From Phyllosticta citribraziliensis (Eukaryota), in contig NW_027117342.1 of NCBI RefSeq assembly GCF_038025025.1, positions 310,001 through 374,000 of the forward strand: a stretch of 64,000 nt of DNA. The letters are read 5' to 3'. The position numbers were made by a program, and so were the translations under genes. This document shows, in pieces, positions 1-11,701 of the stretch; within the stretch, counting starts at the first letter, position 1; each line of letters starts with the position of its first letter. Below the pieces are notes generated by a model, which did not search any database, had not been told where the DNA came from, and saw nothing but the letters and a program-made list of their open reading frames with translations.

Positions 1-1055
1 GAGGTGATGGCTTCTTTGTTGAAGTGACGACCTTGGTAGAGGGCCGAGGGGTCTCTGGGCGCTTTGTTGAAGTCACCACCTTCGTAGAGGGCCGAGGGGT
101 CTCTGGGCGTTTTGTAGAAGTCACCACCTTCGTCGAAGGCCGGGGAGTCTCCGGACGCCTTGTCGAAGTCACCACCTTGGTCGAAGGTTCCGCACGGCGC
201 GTCGAAGTGACGACCTTGGTAGAAGGACGAGGAGTCTGTGGGCGCCTGGTCGACGTGACGATGACCGTGGAGTGGCCATGGTGGCCAGGGGAGCTACTCG
301 CGCCCTTGACGGAAGTGACAATGACGGTAGAGTGGCCATGCTGGCTCGAGGAACTCGGACGCTTGACTGATGTGACAACAACTGTAGAGTGGCCGTGGTG
401 AGTCGATGAGCTCGGGCGCTTGACCGAAGTGACCACGACGGTCGAGGGAGTGAGCGGGCGCTTGGTAGAAGTGACCAAAACAGTCGAAGGAGTGAGCGGC
501 CGCTTGGTAGAGGTGACCAGGATCGTCGAGGGGGTAAGGGGGCGCTGTGTCGAAGTCACGACGACAGTCTGGGCGCGTCTCGCATTCCAGAAAGCCGGGT
601 CACGGACGACGGGCCTGATGGTCTTCTTGAGGTGGCACGTCTTGGAAGCAGAGTTCCATGAGGCGTCGACGCAGCCGGGCTCCTTGTCACAGCGGTCGAC
701 GCACTCTGAGAAGCCAATGTTCTTCACCGTCGTCGAGGGGTCGTTGTGGACCGGGGGACGGTGAAGTCCACACTCGACGACGTATGGAATGTTTGCATTG
801 GACCTCTGCGTCGTACCATTGTACGCCGGACAGGCTTGGCTAGGCTGAGAGATACATGTCAGCGGGAAGGAACTGAAGAGGATGAGACGAACTTACCACG
901 GCCATGGTATCCATGATGTCCAGGTTGTCCATGGCGTTCATGGTGTCGAATGCTGGGAACATTAAATTGTCCGCGTCGACATTATGTGGTCTAGCAAAGA
1001 CAGCAGATGGCCTCAGAGCCATAAGGCCCAAGGCCACCACGCCGAGAGATAACAT
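1..1055 (-). CDS. Secreted PAN/Apple-like domain protein with Ser/Thr/Pro-rich tandem repeats; runs off the window start
   Basis: ATG 1055 with hydrophobic signal MLSLGVVALGLMAL. Intron 896-845 (GTAAGT..GCTGAC..CAG). Exon 2 reads PSQACPAYNGT..YVVECG..FSECVDRCDKEPGCVDASW..CHLKK (six Cys, fungal Apple-like spacing), then VVTSTKRP repeats. No stop before position 1. Confidence 0.8.
5..570 (-). repeat. Coding tandem repeats: 48-nt unit PSTKVVTSTKRPETPR, plus HGHSTVxVTS and 39-nt TPSTxxVTSTKRPL variants
   Basis: gagggccgaggggtctctgggcg recurs at 39 and 87 (48-nt period), with degenerate copies to ~570. Confidence 0.9.
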
Positions 1056-3201
1056 CCTGGCGGACTGGTGCGCACGGGAGTGGACAAGAAAAGAGAGAAA
1101 GAGAGAATCGAAGGAATGATGAGAAGGCAGAGATCCGAAGGACAGCTCGCCCTTTTGAGTCCGAATTCCTCCTCAATGCGCGGATGGACTAAGAGCACTT
1201 GAACCATTGTATCCAGTTTGAAGGAGGAGTATGAAGGGATAGAGATGACGAAAGCTGGACGAGAAAATTGGGAACACCATGTGCGAGAAACCACTTGAAT
1301 TGCGAGTGTGAAGAGAACATGGTGGCAATTGGCTGGCGAAATGCAAGCTGGCGGTCAAGTTGTAGAAATCGGAACATGGATGCTGCATTGGTGAAAATTC
1401 ACCTGAGAGATAGACATAGAGTTGCAAAATATCTTCTGAGCCTTCCATAAGAATTTGAATGCCTCTATGGACAAGCTGGACGAGGCGTGTCCACATGATC
1501 TGGGTATACGATAGCGGACTGCAGGAGCCTGAAGTTCAACCTGTGAACCCAATTCCCTGCAAAACCGTGCCTCTAATGGCGTCGAGTCGGCCGGTAGCGA
1601 GTGCCTGTACATGCGGGGCAGCATTCGATGCTCTGACACGAATTGGTGCTTTTTAGTCATAGACTGAGGTATCGTCAAGAAGGGAATTGACAGGGACCAA
1701 AGTTGCGAAGTGGAGGATTGTTTCTTGGCCGTTCTGGTTTCACGCGCTAGGCGCAATGTTTGCCCTGCAATCCAGGATAGTCGCGTCGTTATTTTCTTGC
1801 TTGTGAGATGCTTTCACATTCATCCTAGCTCTTTCTCTAGGTCACCACCATGATTCGACGAGGGAACATGGAAATCTCTTCATCGGCGTGCCTTTGTCGG
1901 TTGCAGAGGGAGCAGCGAGAGGGGAGGAGTGAGGGACCATGTGGGAGGGGAGAAGTGAGCTGGAAGAAGGGATGGACATGACTAAAAACCACGATAGAGC
2001 CCTCGAAATGCCATGCCTTCGATGTTTGAAAGCGTCACGAAAGCGTCGATTGCGTGTATATCTCGTTCCAAGAAGATGAAAAGTGTTTGGTCAAGATGGT
2101 GAAGATGGCGGAGAAGAAGAGGTCAAGAAATAGCGAAGTGGGTAGCACCAACGGGCGCTAACCAGATTGGGGAAAGCGAGCCAGAACCTGGAAAACGCAG
2201 GCTCGGTCACAAACGTTGTAGTGCACCCCACGGGGAGCGTTCATATGCTTTAAGAGACAATTGGTCAGGAGCATTCATATGCAATACCAGGTGACCAATG
2301 GGGAGCATTTACATGCGGTGGTACATGACCAACAGGGAGAAATCGAGCGTCGAGTGTAGTGATTGGGAGGTTTTGTGTGCCGCGACTTTCGCTACCAAGC
2401 GGCCGACAGTGACATTGTAATATTCCAGGGCAGGCATGTGTCGAGGTATCCCACGTGAATGCTGGATCCATGGCCCTTCATATCAACGACCCGAAGTTGG
2501 GCACATCATCAAAACAGGCCCTGTCTTCCATGTGACCTCATCATTCCTTACAATACCTTACGTACCAACCCTCCACGAGGGCAAAGATCGCTGAGAGCAA
2601 CCCTCCGCAAGGACAAGGAACAAGACAAGGACCACTTCTCGCAGCAAAGGGCTCATGTGTACTGCATCAATCCATTGATCTATCGATACCAACGACCAAG
2701 TTGACGTCTCTATCCAATCATCCCATCTGTTATCCGTCGGATGCATAACGAGGAAGCAGGAGAAAGAAGAAAAAGAAGCGCCATTCAACTTTGCCGCCGC
2801 CCCTCTGATGCGCAATCACGCATCCACCGTTTGCAGGGCTCAAGGGGGAGAAGAAAAAGGAAAATGCTTTGGTTCCAATAAACATTGATGACCGCGAACC
2901 ACCCCACGCCCGGTGCACTCACTCGACGCGAAAGGTGTCGAGCCAGAGAGCAGCAGCAGTCGTCTCGTGAATCATCCATTTACAGCTTCCCCTTTGCGAC
3001 AACATCAAGTGAACCTGCAAGCCAAAGAAGCAAACGCATCTAGCTTAGGCAGCTAGAGGTGCGAAAACGCGGCAAAAATCAGTCCAGGGTGTTCATTACA
3101 AAGATTTGAAAGACGAAGAAAAAAAGGGCACCAAAACCGGCGGGCGGGGGAGCTCCTGGTTCGTATGGCCGTAGGCGGGTAGGTAGGGAGGTAGGTAGGG
3201 T

Positions 3202-3873
3202 CTAGTCCTCACATTCCACTTGCTGCTTGATGGCGGCCTCGAGAGCCTTGGGGTTGGCGCCGACGACCTCGCCGACCTTCTCGCCGCCCTTGAAGAGCAG
3301 GAAGGTGGGCATGGCGCGGATGCCGAGCTCCTGTGCAACGTCGGGGACCTCGTCGACGTCGAGCTTGTAGAACTTGGCCGAAGGGTAGGCCTCGGAGAAC
3401 CTGGCCGGTGTTGTCAGAGGCGCCGCTCTCGTTGAGGGTCGGGATGGGAGGAGAGCTTACTTGGCGACCTGGGGAGCGATGACCTTGCAAGGACCGCACC
3501 ACGTGGCGAAGCAGTCGAGGACGACGAGGTTGTCACCCTTCAGGGCGGACTCCCAGTCCTGCTTGCTGTGGTCTTGTCAGCCATGTTCCCGAGCAATGCT
3601 TATTTCCGTTCCTTTGCGCCGAATTTGCAGTGTGGTGATGTCTGACGTAATGTTTCCGTTGGAAAGCGGGGTCCGTTTGGGAGGGCGTCAGAGGCGGGGC
3701 ACTCACTTCTCGAGGTTGTGGACACCCATTTTGATGGTGGAAGAGGTAAAAGGCCTGAGCGAAAGGGCGGGTTGGGGTTGGAATGCGGATCGGATGGGAG
3801 AGGATCGAGTAGCGGTGACGACTGGAGAGCGCAGACGAGCGGTGGTGGTGAGCAGAGATCTTCTAAAAGACAT
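3202..3873 (-). CDS. TRX: Thioredoxin (WCGPC) with optional 48-aa N-terminal extension
   Basis: Exons 3873 (or 3729)-3707, 3565-3461, 3400-3202. Spliced protein [71 protein letters not shown]. Confidence 0.95.
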
Positions 3874-3906
3874 GGGAGGCGGTGGGTGGGGGTTGTGAGG
3901 GAAGTG

Positions 3907-3916
3907 GTATATATAA
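3907..3916 (-). promoter_or_regulatory. TATA-like element upstream of thioredoxin
   Basis: Minus strand reads TTATATATAC about 35-45 nt upstream of ATG 3873. Confidence 0.45.
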
Positions 3917-5826
3917 CAAAGGTGATTGGAAATGGATAAGCGTTGGAAGGCGTTGGATTGGATGGAAGAGGTGATTATGCAAGCGTGAGCAGGCGCCAAG
4001 TGTGCAATGTGTGAGTGAAATTTCGCCGCCGCGTTCGGCCACGGGAGGGGCACAAGAGGGTTGAGCGTGTCGGCAGTGGCTGCGGCAGCGGCAGAGCGGC
4101 GACGGCGGAGCAGGGCGAGGGCGAAGACTAATCGTATGTGACGTACCTTTTGGTGGTTTGCGACTGGAGTTGCGAGGACAGGACGGAGAGAGCAGAGGAC
4201 AAGGTGTTGATGGCGTTTGGAGGTTGGTTGTTGGTTGTTCCCTCAGGTCCGAGTCGGTGGATTTCAAAGCGGCCGACGACCCAGAACCGCAATGACGTGA
4301 CCTGCCGATTATCAACACCACACCACACCCGACCGATTCTGTACAACCACCACCAGACCCGTTGTCGACCGAATCCTCTCCGCGTCGGACCTCCACCCAA
4401 CCTGCAACCACTCTGGAACCAACGCCTCGACGCCCATCTCACGTCGCGTGCAGTCCGTTCCGCTTCGGGCCACTCTTGCGTCACTGCCCCTTCTGCCGTC
4501 TCTCTCTAGCCTCTCGACATGTCTCTGCCGTGTCCCAGTACAATTACCGCCCCGCTGCGCCCCCCGTCTCTTGCTGCCCCCATCATACGCCGCCAGAGTC
4601 AAACCGTCGCCGCCTTTGCGCCCTTACAAATACGCCTCCCCTACTACGGGCGTACGCCGTACTCGTTGCCGCTTCCCACGTGAAATTTCTCCTGCCTGCC
4701 TGGTTGCTAATCGCGCTTCAGGGAACATCTTTGTGTCCGGAGAGGCGAATACCCTGGGACATGTACTGGACCCCTACTGCTGCCAAAGAGCGGCTGCCTA
4801 TTGCTCCTGGCGACCAGGACCAGCGTAACAGACCGACCGTGGCCCACGGCTACCGGTACCTTGCAGTCCAGCTTTTGACAGGAGCCCTCTGCAACACCAG
4901 GCGTGGCTGACGACGACAGCTTGTGAATTTAGCTGGCTTGCAGGCAGGCAGCAAAGCACACAACCTCCTGCCTACCTACCTACCTAGGTACCTGTTTGGC
5001 GACGCGAGAAGCAGACACAATTTGCATTTACGCAACACCGATGCTGAATGAACTCAATTCCTGATTCCAATACTCCTACACACAATCTCTCTCCTTTACC
5101 TGTACCAAACCACCCCATCACTCCCTCGCCGGCCACCCCACCCCTGCTCTTGCAAAAATACAGCACGTCGTCTCCAAAGGATCGAAGTAGCTTAGTAGTA
5201 GAAGTGCAAGCAAGCAAGCAAGCAAGCTAGCAAGCATGCAGGCCCGGCCTGTGGTATTCCATGTCTCTCCTGTCGCTCTCTCGCTCTCTCTCCAGCTCCC
5301 CTTTTTGCTGCTGCCCCCTTTGCCTTCCTCTGCGGTCGCTAAACGAGCGTTTTGCGTTTCTCTCAAAAAGTGTATGCACAGATAGCTGCGTCGTCCCCTT
5401 CCATCACCATATGTAGTAATCAGGAACATGTCCTCCACACATGTATCTCGTGCTCTCCCGTCGTCGAGCGTGCTGAGTCCAACTGGATTGTGTAAGGCAC
5501 TGAGGACGGAAAGCTGTGAAGAGAGGGAAGGAAGCCAAGAGCACCTGCAGAAGAACGCCGCAGCGGCGCATGCTATTCTCCGTCCATCAATCCATCTGAT
5601 CGTCAAGCAAAGAAACATCGTGACCAACGAGCGGAGTCTCTTTGAACAGGTCCAAAAGCGGCAGCAGGCACGAACGTAACGACAGAAGCCACGCGACTCA
5701 ACTCAACTTGCCTCTGCAACAACCAACAAGACGAACGACGACGACGACAGCATGCCAGACTGCGCACTCCTGCCCCCTTGCCCCTCTCTCTTCCTCTTCC
5801 TCATTCTCATCCACACCTTTCCTCAT

Positions 5827-8800
5827 CTAATCCATAAAACTCGACGCAATCGGCGCATTGACGAGCCGCGGGCCCCCACCAGCGCCAGCAGCCCCCGCCG
5901 CGCCGCCCTTCATGTCCGTCGGACTGGGGCCGCGCGACACCTCGCTGACATCGGCGAGCGCCATCTTCTTCTCATCGGCATAGCGGCCCAGCGCACTGCT
6001 CGCCGGCGTGGGCGCATACTCGCCCAACTGGCGCGTATCCAGCCACTTGAACACCACAAAGCGCATGGCCAGGGCGCCGAACGCGAGCGAGAAGTTGCTC
6101 GTCAGGAACGCGCCGATGGACAGCGCCGACGGCAGCGGCAGCGCCTCGACCACGCACAGGCTGACGGCGTTGAGGTCCACGAAGCCCGTGATCAGGTCCA
6201 CCTGCCCGAAGACCAGCGTCAGCACCGCCACCACGGCCCGCGTCCGCTGGATCGGCTTGCTGCTCGGGTTGCGCACCATCAGCAGGTGCATGGCGAAGTT
6301 GACCACGACCAGGATGAGGGTGAGCCACCCCAGCACTTCGTGAGCTGTGCGGAAGTGCCCGCTGCTGCCGGCGGCCGCGGCGCCCGTCCCGACGCCCACG
6401 ATGACGAAGATGGGGACCAGGATTTGCGAGCCCCAGACGAACGGGTTGGCGAATTTGAGCTTGTCCGGGCGCCCAATGATGACGACGATGTCGCGCGCGG
6501 TTTCGGTTATCATGGATCCTGGGAGGATGAAGTAGAGGGCGGCGGCGACGAAAACGACTGCGGAGTGTTAGCGTGGACTTGATGGCATTGCTTCTTTTTT
6601 CTGAAGACAGGGAAGAGATGGAAAGAGAGAAAAGGGACAAAACTCACTATGGCTAATCAACAACCCGGCAAACTTCAACACGCCAATCCCATCCACGCTG
6701 ACCGACTGCAGCGTCGGCTTACTAGTGTCCACCAAGAACGTATGCCCATCGCTGCGAATTTTGAAGCTGGCATTGACGGGGATCTGGGGCAGGTTGTTCG
6801 CGTCCAGCTTGATCGTCTTGGTCTCGACGAGGCCCAGCCCGACCTGCGCGAGCCCGCCGACGCCCGTGCAGCCGAGCGCGCTGACGCCGCGCTGCACCAG
6901 CCCGTTGACGGTGCTGATATTGAGGCTGTTGGCGATGGCCGTGAGCGTCGCGTTGGTGTCGAGCGTCGTGCCGGGCGCCGCGGGCGCCGTGTTGCTGGGC
7001 GGCGGCTGTTGCGGTGGCGGCGCTTGGCGCCGGACGGATTGCACGAGGCCTTGGTAGAAGCTGCGCTTCTTCTTTTGCCCGGGGACGACGGGCGACGTGA
7101 TGGTGCTTCCCGTCTGCGGTTGGCCCTGGGGCGGCGGTGCTTGTTGGCCTTGCTGCGGTGGTGGTGCCTGTTGGCCTTCTGGTGCTGGGGGTTGGCCCTG
7201 GTTCATGCCGCCAACCGACACCGTGATGGTGCTTCCGGCGGCTGCCTCAGCTGGATTGTTGATGGAGCCAGCCGGAGGAGCAGCGCCTTGCGGTTGTGGC
7301 GGAGCAGCCCCTTGAGGTGGCGGAGCAGCCCCTTGAGGCGGCGGTTGCTGCCCCTGAGGGGGAGGAGGGGGAGCGGCCCCCTGGCCCAGTGGTTGCGTGA
7401 TGCTGCCGGCAGCGGGAGCCAAGGTGCCAGGCTGCCCTTGGGGCGGCGGCAGAGAAGCGGCCTGCGGATTGCCAGCCTGCGGGTTGCCCTGCGGATTCGC
7501 AACACCCGCCATGGGCGCGTCAGGGGACGTCAGCATCTGAATGGCGCGCTGCGCAACATCATCGTTGCCCAGCAAGACAAACGCAGCCTTGACGCCCTCG
7601 AAGCCCAGCCCGCGGCCGAAACCCGTCGCCGCGCCGCTGACCGTGTCGTTGTACGCGGCCGAGTTGGCCATCATGGCGGACGGGTCGCCGATGCCGGTCG
7701 TCCTCGAGATGGCGGAGCTGCCGCCGTCAATGAGGCCCACGCCCAGGCCCGTCGCGATCTTCTCGAAGCTCATGCCCGACATCATGCCGCCGGCCAGCGA
7801 GCCCGCCACGCTCTCCAGCTTGCCCACCGTGCCGTTGGCCAGGAAGCTCGTCGTCAGCGAGCGGCTAAACGCCTGCAGCACCGTCGGAACGTCCGACGCG
7901 CCCTGCAGCGACGGCTCTGCCGACGACGACAGGCCCAGCGCGGACGCGGCGCCGCCGCCGAAGCCCTTGCCCAGGCCCTCGGCCGCCGCACCCAGCATCA
8001 TCTGGCCCTGGGCGGCGGCGGCGGAGAAGGTGTTGATGAGGCGGCCCGTGGTGCCGTTGGCGAGGAAGCCCGTCGTCAGCGACTTGCCGAAGCCGGTCGA
8101 GATGCCCGGGATGTCGAAGCCCGTCGGCGGCGGCGTGGCGACGTCGTTTTGCAGCCCCAGTCCGACAGCTGCGCCGGACCCGAGTCCCTTTCCTAGCCCG
8201 ACGGTTGCCGGGCCCAGGATCTTGCCGCCGCCCGACGCGATGAAGTCTTTGACGATGCCCGTGATGTTGGACGTCGAGATGAACGACGACGACAGCGTGC
8301 GCGTGAAGTCCTCGGTGATGGAGTTCGCCGACGGCGCCTGTGCCGGCGGCGCAGGGGCCGGAGGAGCCTGGCCAGGGGCTTGTCGTCGAGCGAGCGCGGT
8401 GCCTGGCTGACCAGGCTGCTGTCCAGCGGGCTGTGGACCGAGACCTAATCCGATTGCTGCTCCTGATCCCAGACCCGTCCCGGCGAACGGCACCACTTGG
8501 CTGACGGTCGTGAGCAGCGAGGCCGTGTTGGCGCCGCCCGTCAGTTGCTTCAGGTCGACGTTGCCGAGGAAGTTTTCGGCCAGGTTCTCCGTAAACTCTT
8601 CGCTGATTTGCGGGATGGATCCGGCGGCGGCGGCGGGCTGGCCGTTGGGTGCTGGTTGAGCTGGCTGAGCTCCTTGTGCGGGCTGAGCTCCCTGAGCAGG
8701 TTGAGCGCCCTGAGCGGGCTGGGCAGGTTGTTGACGTCTCGCCAACGCCGGAGCCATTCCCATATTCGCGAGAGCCTTCTTCAATCCCACAGCAGCACCG

Positions 8801-9897
8801 CGTCCCAACCCCCTACCAGCGGGCCCAGGGATCTGAGCCAACGTCGACATCATTCCAGAGCCCTGAGCGCTGGCCGACAGCGACGCCAGATCGACATTGC
8901 TAAAGAGGCCATTGGTCAAACCAAAGCCCAGCTGGCCTCCCAGGCCCGCGACGCCCGTAGCATTCGGATCCGGGGCGGGCGCCACCTTGCCCAACTTCAA
9001 TCCGGCAGCGGTACCGTTTCCCAGGCCAGCGCCGAGCGCGGCCGCGGCGCCTCCCAGGTCCATTCCCGACGTCAGCGACGACGTGTCGAGCTGCGAGACG
9101 ACCGACGACGACAGGCCCTCGCCCAGCTGGAACGCGAGCCCGCTGACGCCCGTCTGGTTCTGCTCGGCCTTCTCGGCCGCGCCCGGCTTCGCTAGGTTGA
9201 GCCCCTTGACGGCGCCCGTCCCGACGCCGGCGCCCAGGGCGTTGGCCGCGGGCTGCGCTTCGGCTTCGATGCCTGAGAAGATGGCCCCGAACGCGCCGCT
9301 GGTGAGGTTTCCGAGCCCGCCCAGCGCGCCGCCGAGGGCACCCGCCAGTCCGCCGCCGCCGCCTCCTCCTTCGCCGCCTCCTCCTTTTGCTCCATCGCCG
9401 CCGCCGCCGAACGGGTTGGGGAGGCCGAAGAGACCGGGTGCGCGCTTGGTGAGTCGTTTCGAGTCGGCACCGGCCTCGATGCCCAGGCGGTGCAGTAACC
9501 CTTCTCTTGCCTCATCTTCGCCCTCTCCGGCACACGTGTCGACGGCCTGTTGGCGGTGGTGGTGATGCTGCGACTGCGCCTCGAGCAGGATGCGCGTCAG
9601 CGTCTTCTCCAGGGCGTCGGTCGCTTCGCGGAGGTCGGCCCTGGTGATGGGGAAGCCGGCCTGGGACATGGCGCGGTCAAACTGGTTCCGCGAGCCATAG
9701 GCGGCGGCGGGGGCGAGGAGGAGCAGGCTCGAGACGAGGGCGAAGGCGACGAAGGTCCATTTCCAGATGCGGGTGATGGGGCAGCGAGAGGCGCGTTGCT
9801 GTGGTTGCAGCAGCTGCTGCTGCTCCTCCTCCTCCTGCTGCTGCTGCTGATGCTGAGCCGACGTTATCGGCTCGTCGGCCGCAGCCTTGTTGGACAT
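5827..9897 (-). CDS. ~1330-aa Gly/Ala/Gln/Pro-rich repeat protein with N-terminal signal and C-terminal multi-pass (cytochrome b561-like) membrane domain
   Basis: Exon 9897-6648, intron 6647-6558 (GTGAGT..GCTAAC..CAG), exon 6557-5827 joins in frame (LLISH-IVFVAAALYFILPG..AHEVLGWLTL). About five hydrophobic segments at the C-terminus. Confidence 0.8.
8650..8730 (-). repeat. 18-nt coding repeat (AQPAQG)n
   Basis: Translation QQPAQPAQGAQPAQGAQPAQGAQPAQP. Confidence 0.85.
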
Positions 9898-11701
9898 ATT
9901 AAACTTTCACGAATTAAAAAGGGGACTAATGAAAAAACGGAGAAGGGGGAGAAAGAAAGAAGGGGAGAAAGAAGAAATTCACCAGGGATACAGTCGCGGC
10001 CAGCACATTCGTATCCTTGGGAGACGAAAGAAGCAGAGGATGTGAGATGGAGATGGAACAATGAGAGGGGCGGGGGGGAGAGGGAAGAAGCAGAGGAGCA
10101 GCAGATCAGAACTAACTGCGGGCGGGCGAGTGAGCAAGCAAGTCAGCGCAAGGCAAAGAGAGAAAAGCAAGAAGGGGAGGGGAGGGAGTGCCGCCGTCGC
10201 TGAAGCTGCTGCGCAACAGTGTGCAAGAGGTGCGCTCTGAAACGGGTCGAGTAAGCCTGGTGCGCTGCAGATGATGAAAGGGCCTGCAAAAAGGGCAGGC
10301 GTCGTTGGTGGAGAGGGAAAAGGCTGCGTCTCGCAGTGCATCAGAAGTGTTCTGTCATGAGCAAGCGTGCGGTCCTGCGTTGACGAAGTGGCCTAGCTTA
10401 AACATGGCCGTAGTGTGGAGAAGCGAAGGCCTCCCCTGCCCCCCGGGTCAAACATGACGATGATGGCAGCCTGGAGCGCGCGCGCGGGATCCGCCTGCTT
10501 TCGTGTGACGATTTGCGAAGCGTCGGCGACAGGGCCAGTGATGGGGGGTGGGTGAGCCATCCTTCGAACGACGTCGTCGACGGTTGCCGTGTTGAGCGGC
10601 TTGGCCGCCCGCGAGCCGCACGCTTAGGCGTTGCACTATCTCTAGACCATTAGCCGTCGCGCCTTATTTTGAGCTGCTCTTCCCAGTACTACCCTTCTTC
10701 GTGCCTCGCTTCCCTAGGCACCCAGCCTTCTCTAACCCTCCTCTAGTGCTCTCGAGCTGCTTCCCTCGGCGGGTGTCGCCTCGAGCCGCGGCTGTAGTCA
10801 TCCCCACGAGGCACCACCGCACTGGCATCTTGCTCAAAACTTTCCGCATTTGGGAACGGGTGAAACTGGAAACCTACAACTACAATTGGTGCGATCGTCT
10901 TTTCGCAGGTATCTCCTTTGACAACGGGGAAAAAAGGAAATCGAACAAACACGTCTGGGGAAGAACCAAGACTTGTTTGAAGAAGAGAAGAGACGAAAGA
11001 AGAAAAAAAAAGAGCTTGGCCCGCCCAGACCATCCCGAGACTCCTGGCTCTGAAAAACGCAACAACTGCCAAAAGCAGCAGCCCCCCCATTAAATCATAC
11101 TATCCTCAGCTGCCCGTCTATCGAGTCGATTCCGAGGCCCCCAACTCCAGACCACAAGACTTTTTGCAAAAAGTCACACATAGGAAAGGGCTCAAAGAGT
11201 GTGGAAAAGGAACCAAAATGGACAAGCGGATCAGCTGCAAAATGCCAACCAAGAAGTGAAGGGTATAACGTGACGCGCTCGAAAGGAGTAAAAGCAAAAG
11301 AAAAAAAGTTTGAAAGGAAAAGATGCCAGAAATGTCACAAGCACGACACTGCCGGCGGAGGTGGGACCGAGTTGGAGATTTGAATCGCCATCGCGTCACG
11401 GTGGTTTCGTGGTTTGCTCCGTGTTCGTTCCAATAGTCAGACGGGATTTCTTCGTCGTTTTCGTTCTTCTTTGCAAGTTTTTTTGGGGTATTTTGCATCT
11501 CGTCTGAGATGTGATTCTGAGACAAGGAAATGGTAGAGAGCGACTCGGGTTAGTCTTTTGGGTTTAGGCCGTGAGCGGCTGCGAAGTGACGGTAGAAACC
11601 ACATGACAAAAGGAAATGTGGGAATGAGCGACATGTCTGACTAATGGTGGCGCGAATCTTTGGCAAAACCATCTCTTACCACCGACTGCACGAGGTGAGA
11701 T

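Noticed and set aside
1..570. CRISPR-like or non-coding repeat array
   Set aside because: Units are contiguous multiples of 3 with synonymous variation and no spacers; a coding repeat in a eukaryote.
1100..3100. Short ORFs and a possible transposon relic in the long intergenic region
   Set aside because: No terminal repeats, transposase/RT motifs or RIP-like AT enrichment visible.
6649..8410. Long plus-strand ORFs (515 aa, 289 aa), and similar antisense ORFs over ARC1, NOP53 and the DUF3112-like gene
   Set aside because: Shadows of GC-rich, codon-biased genes on the opposite strand; no recognisable motifs.
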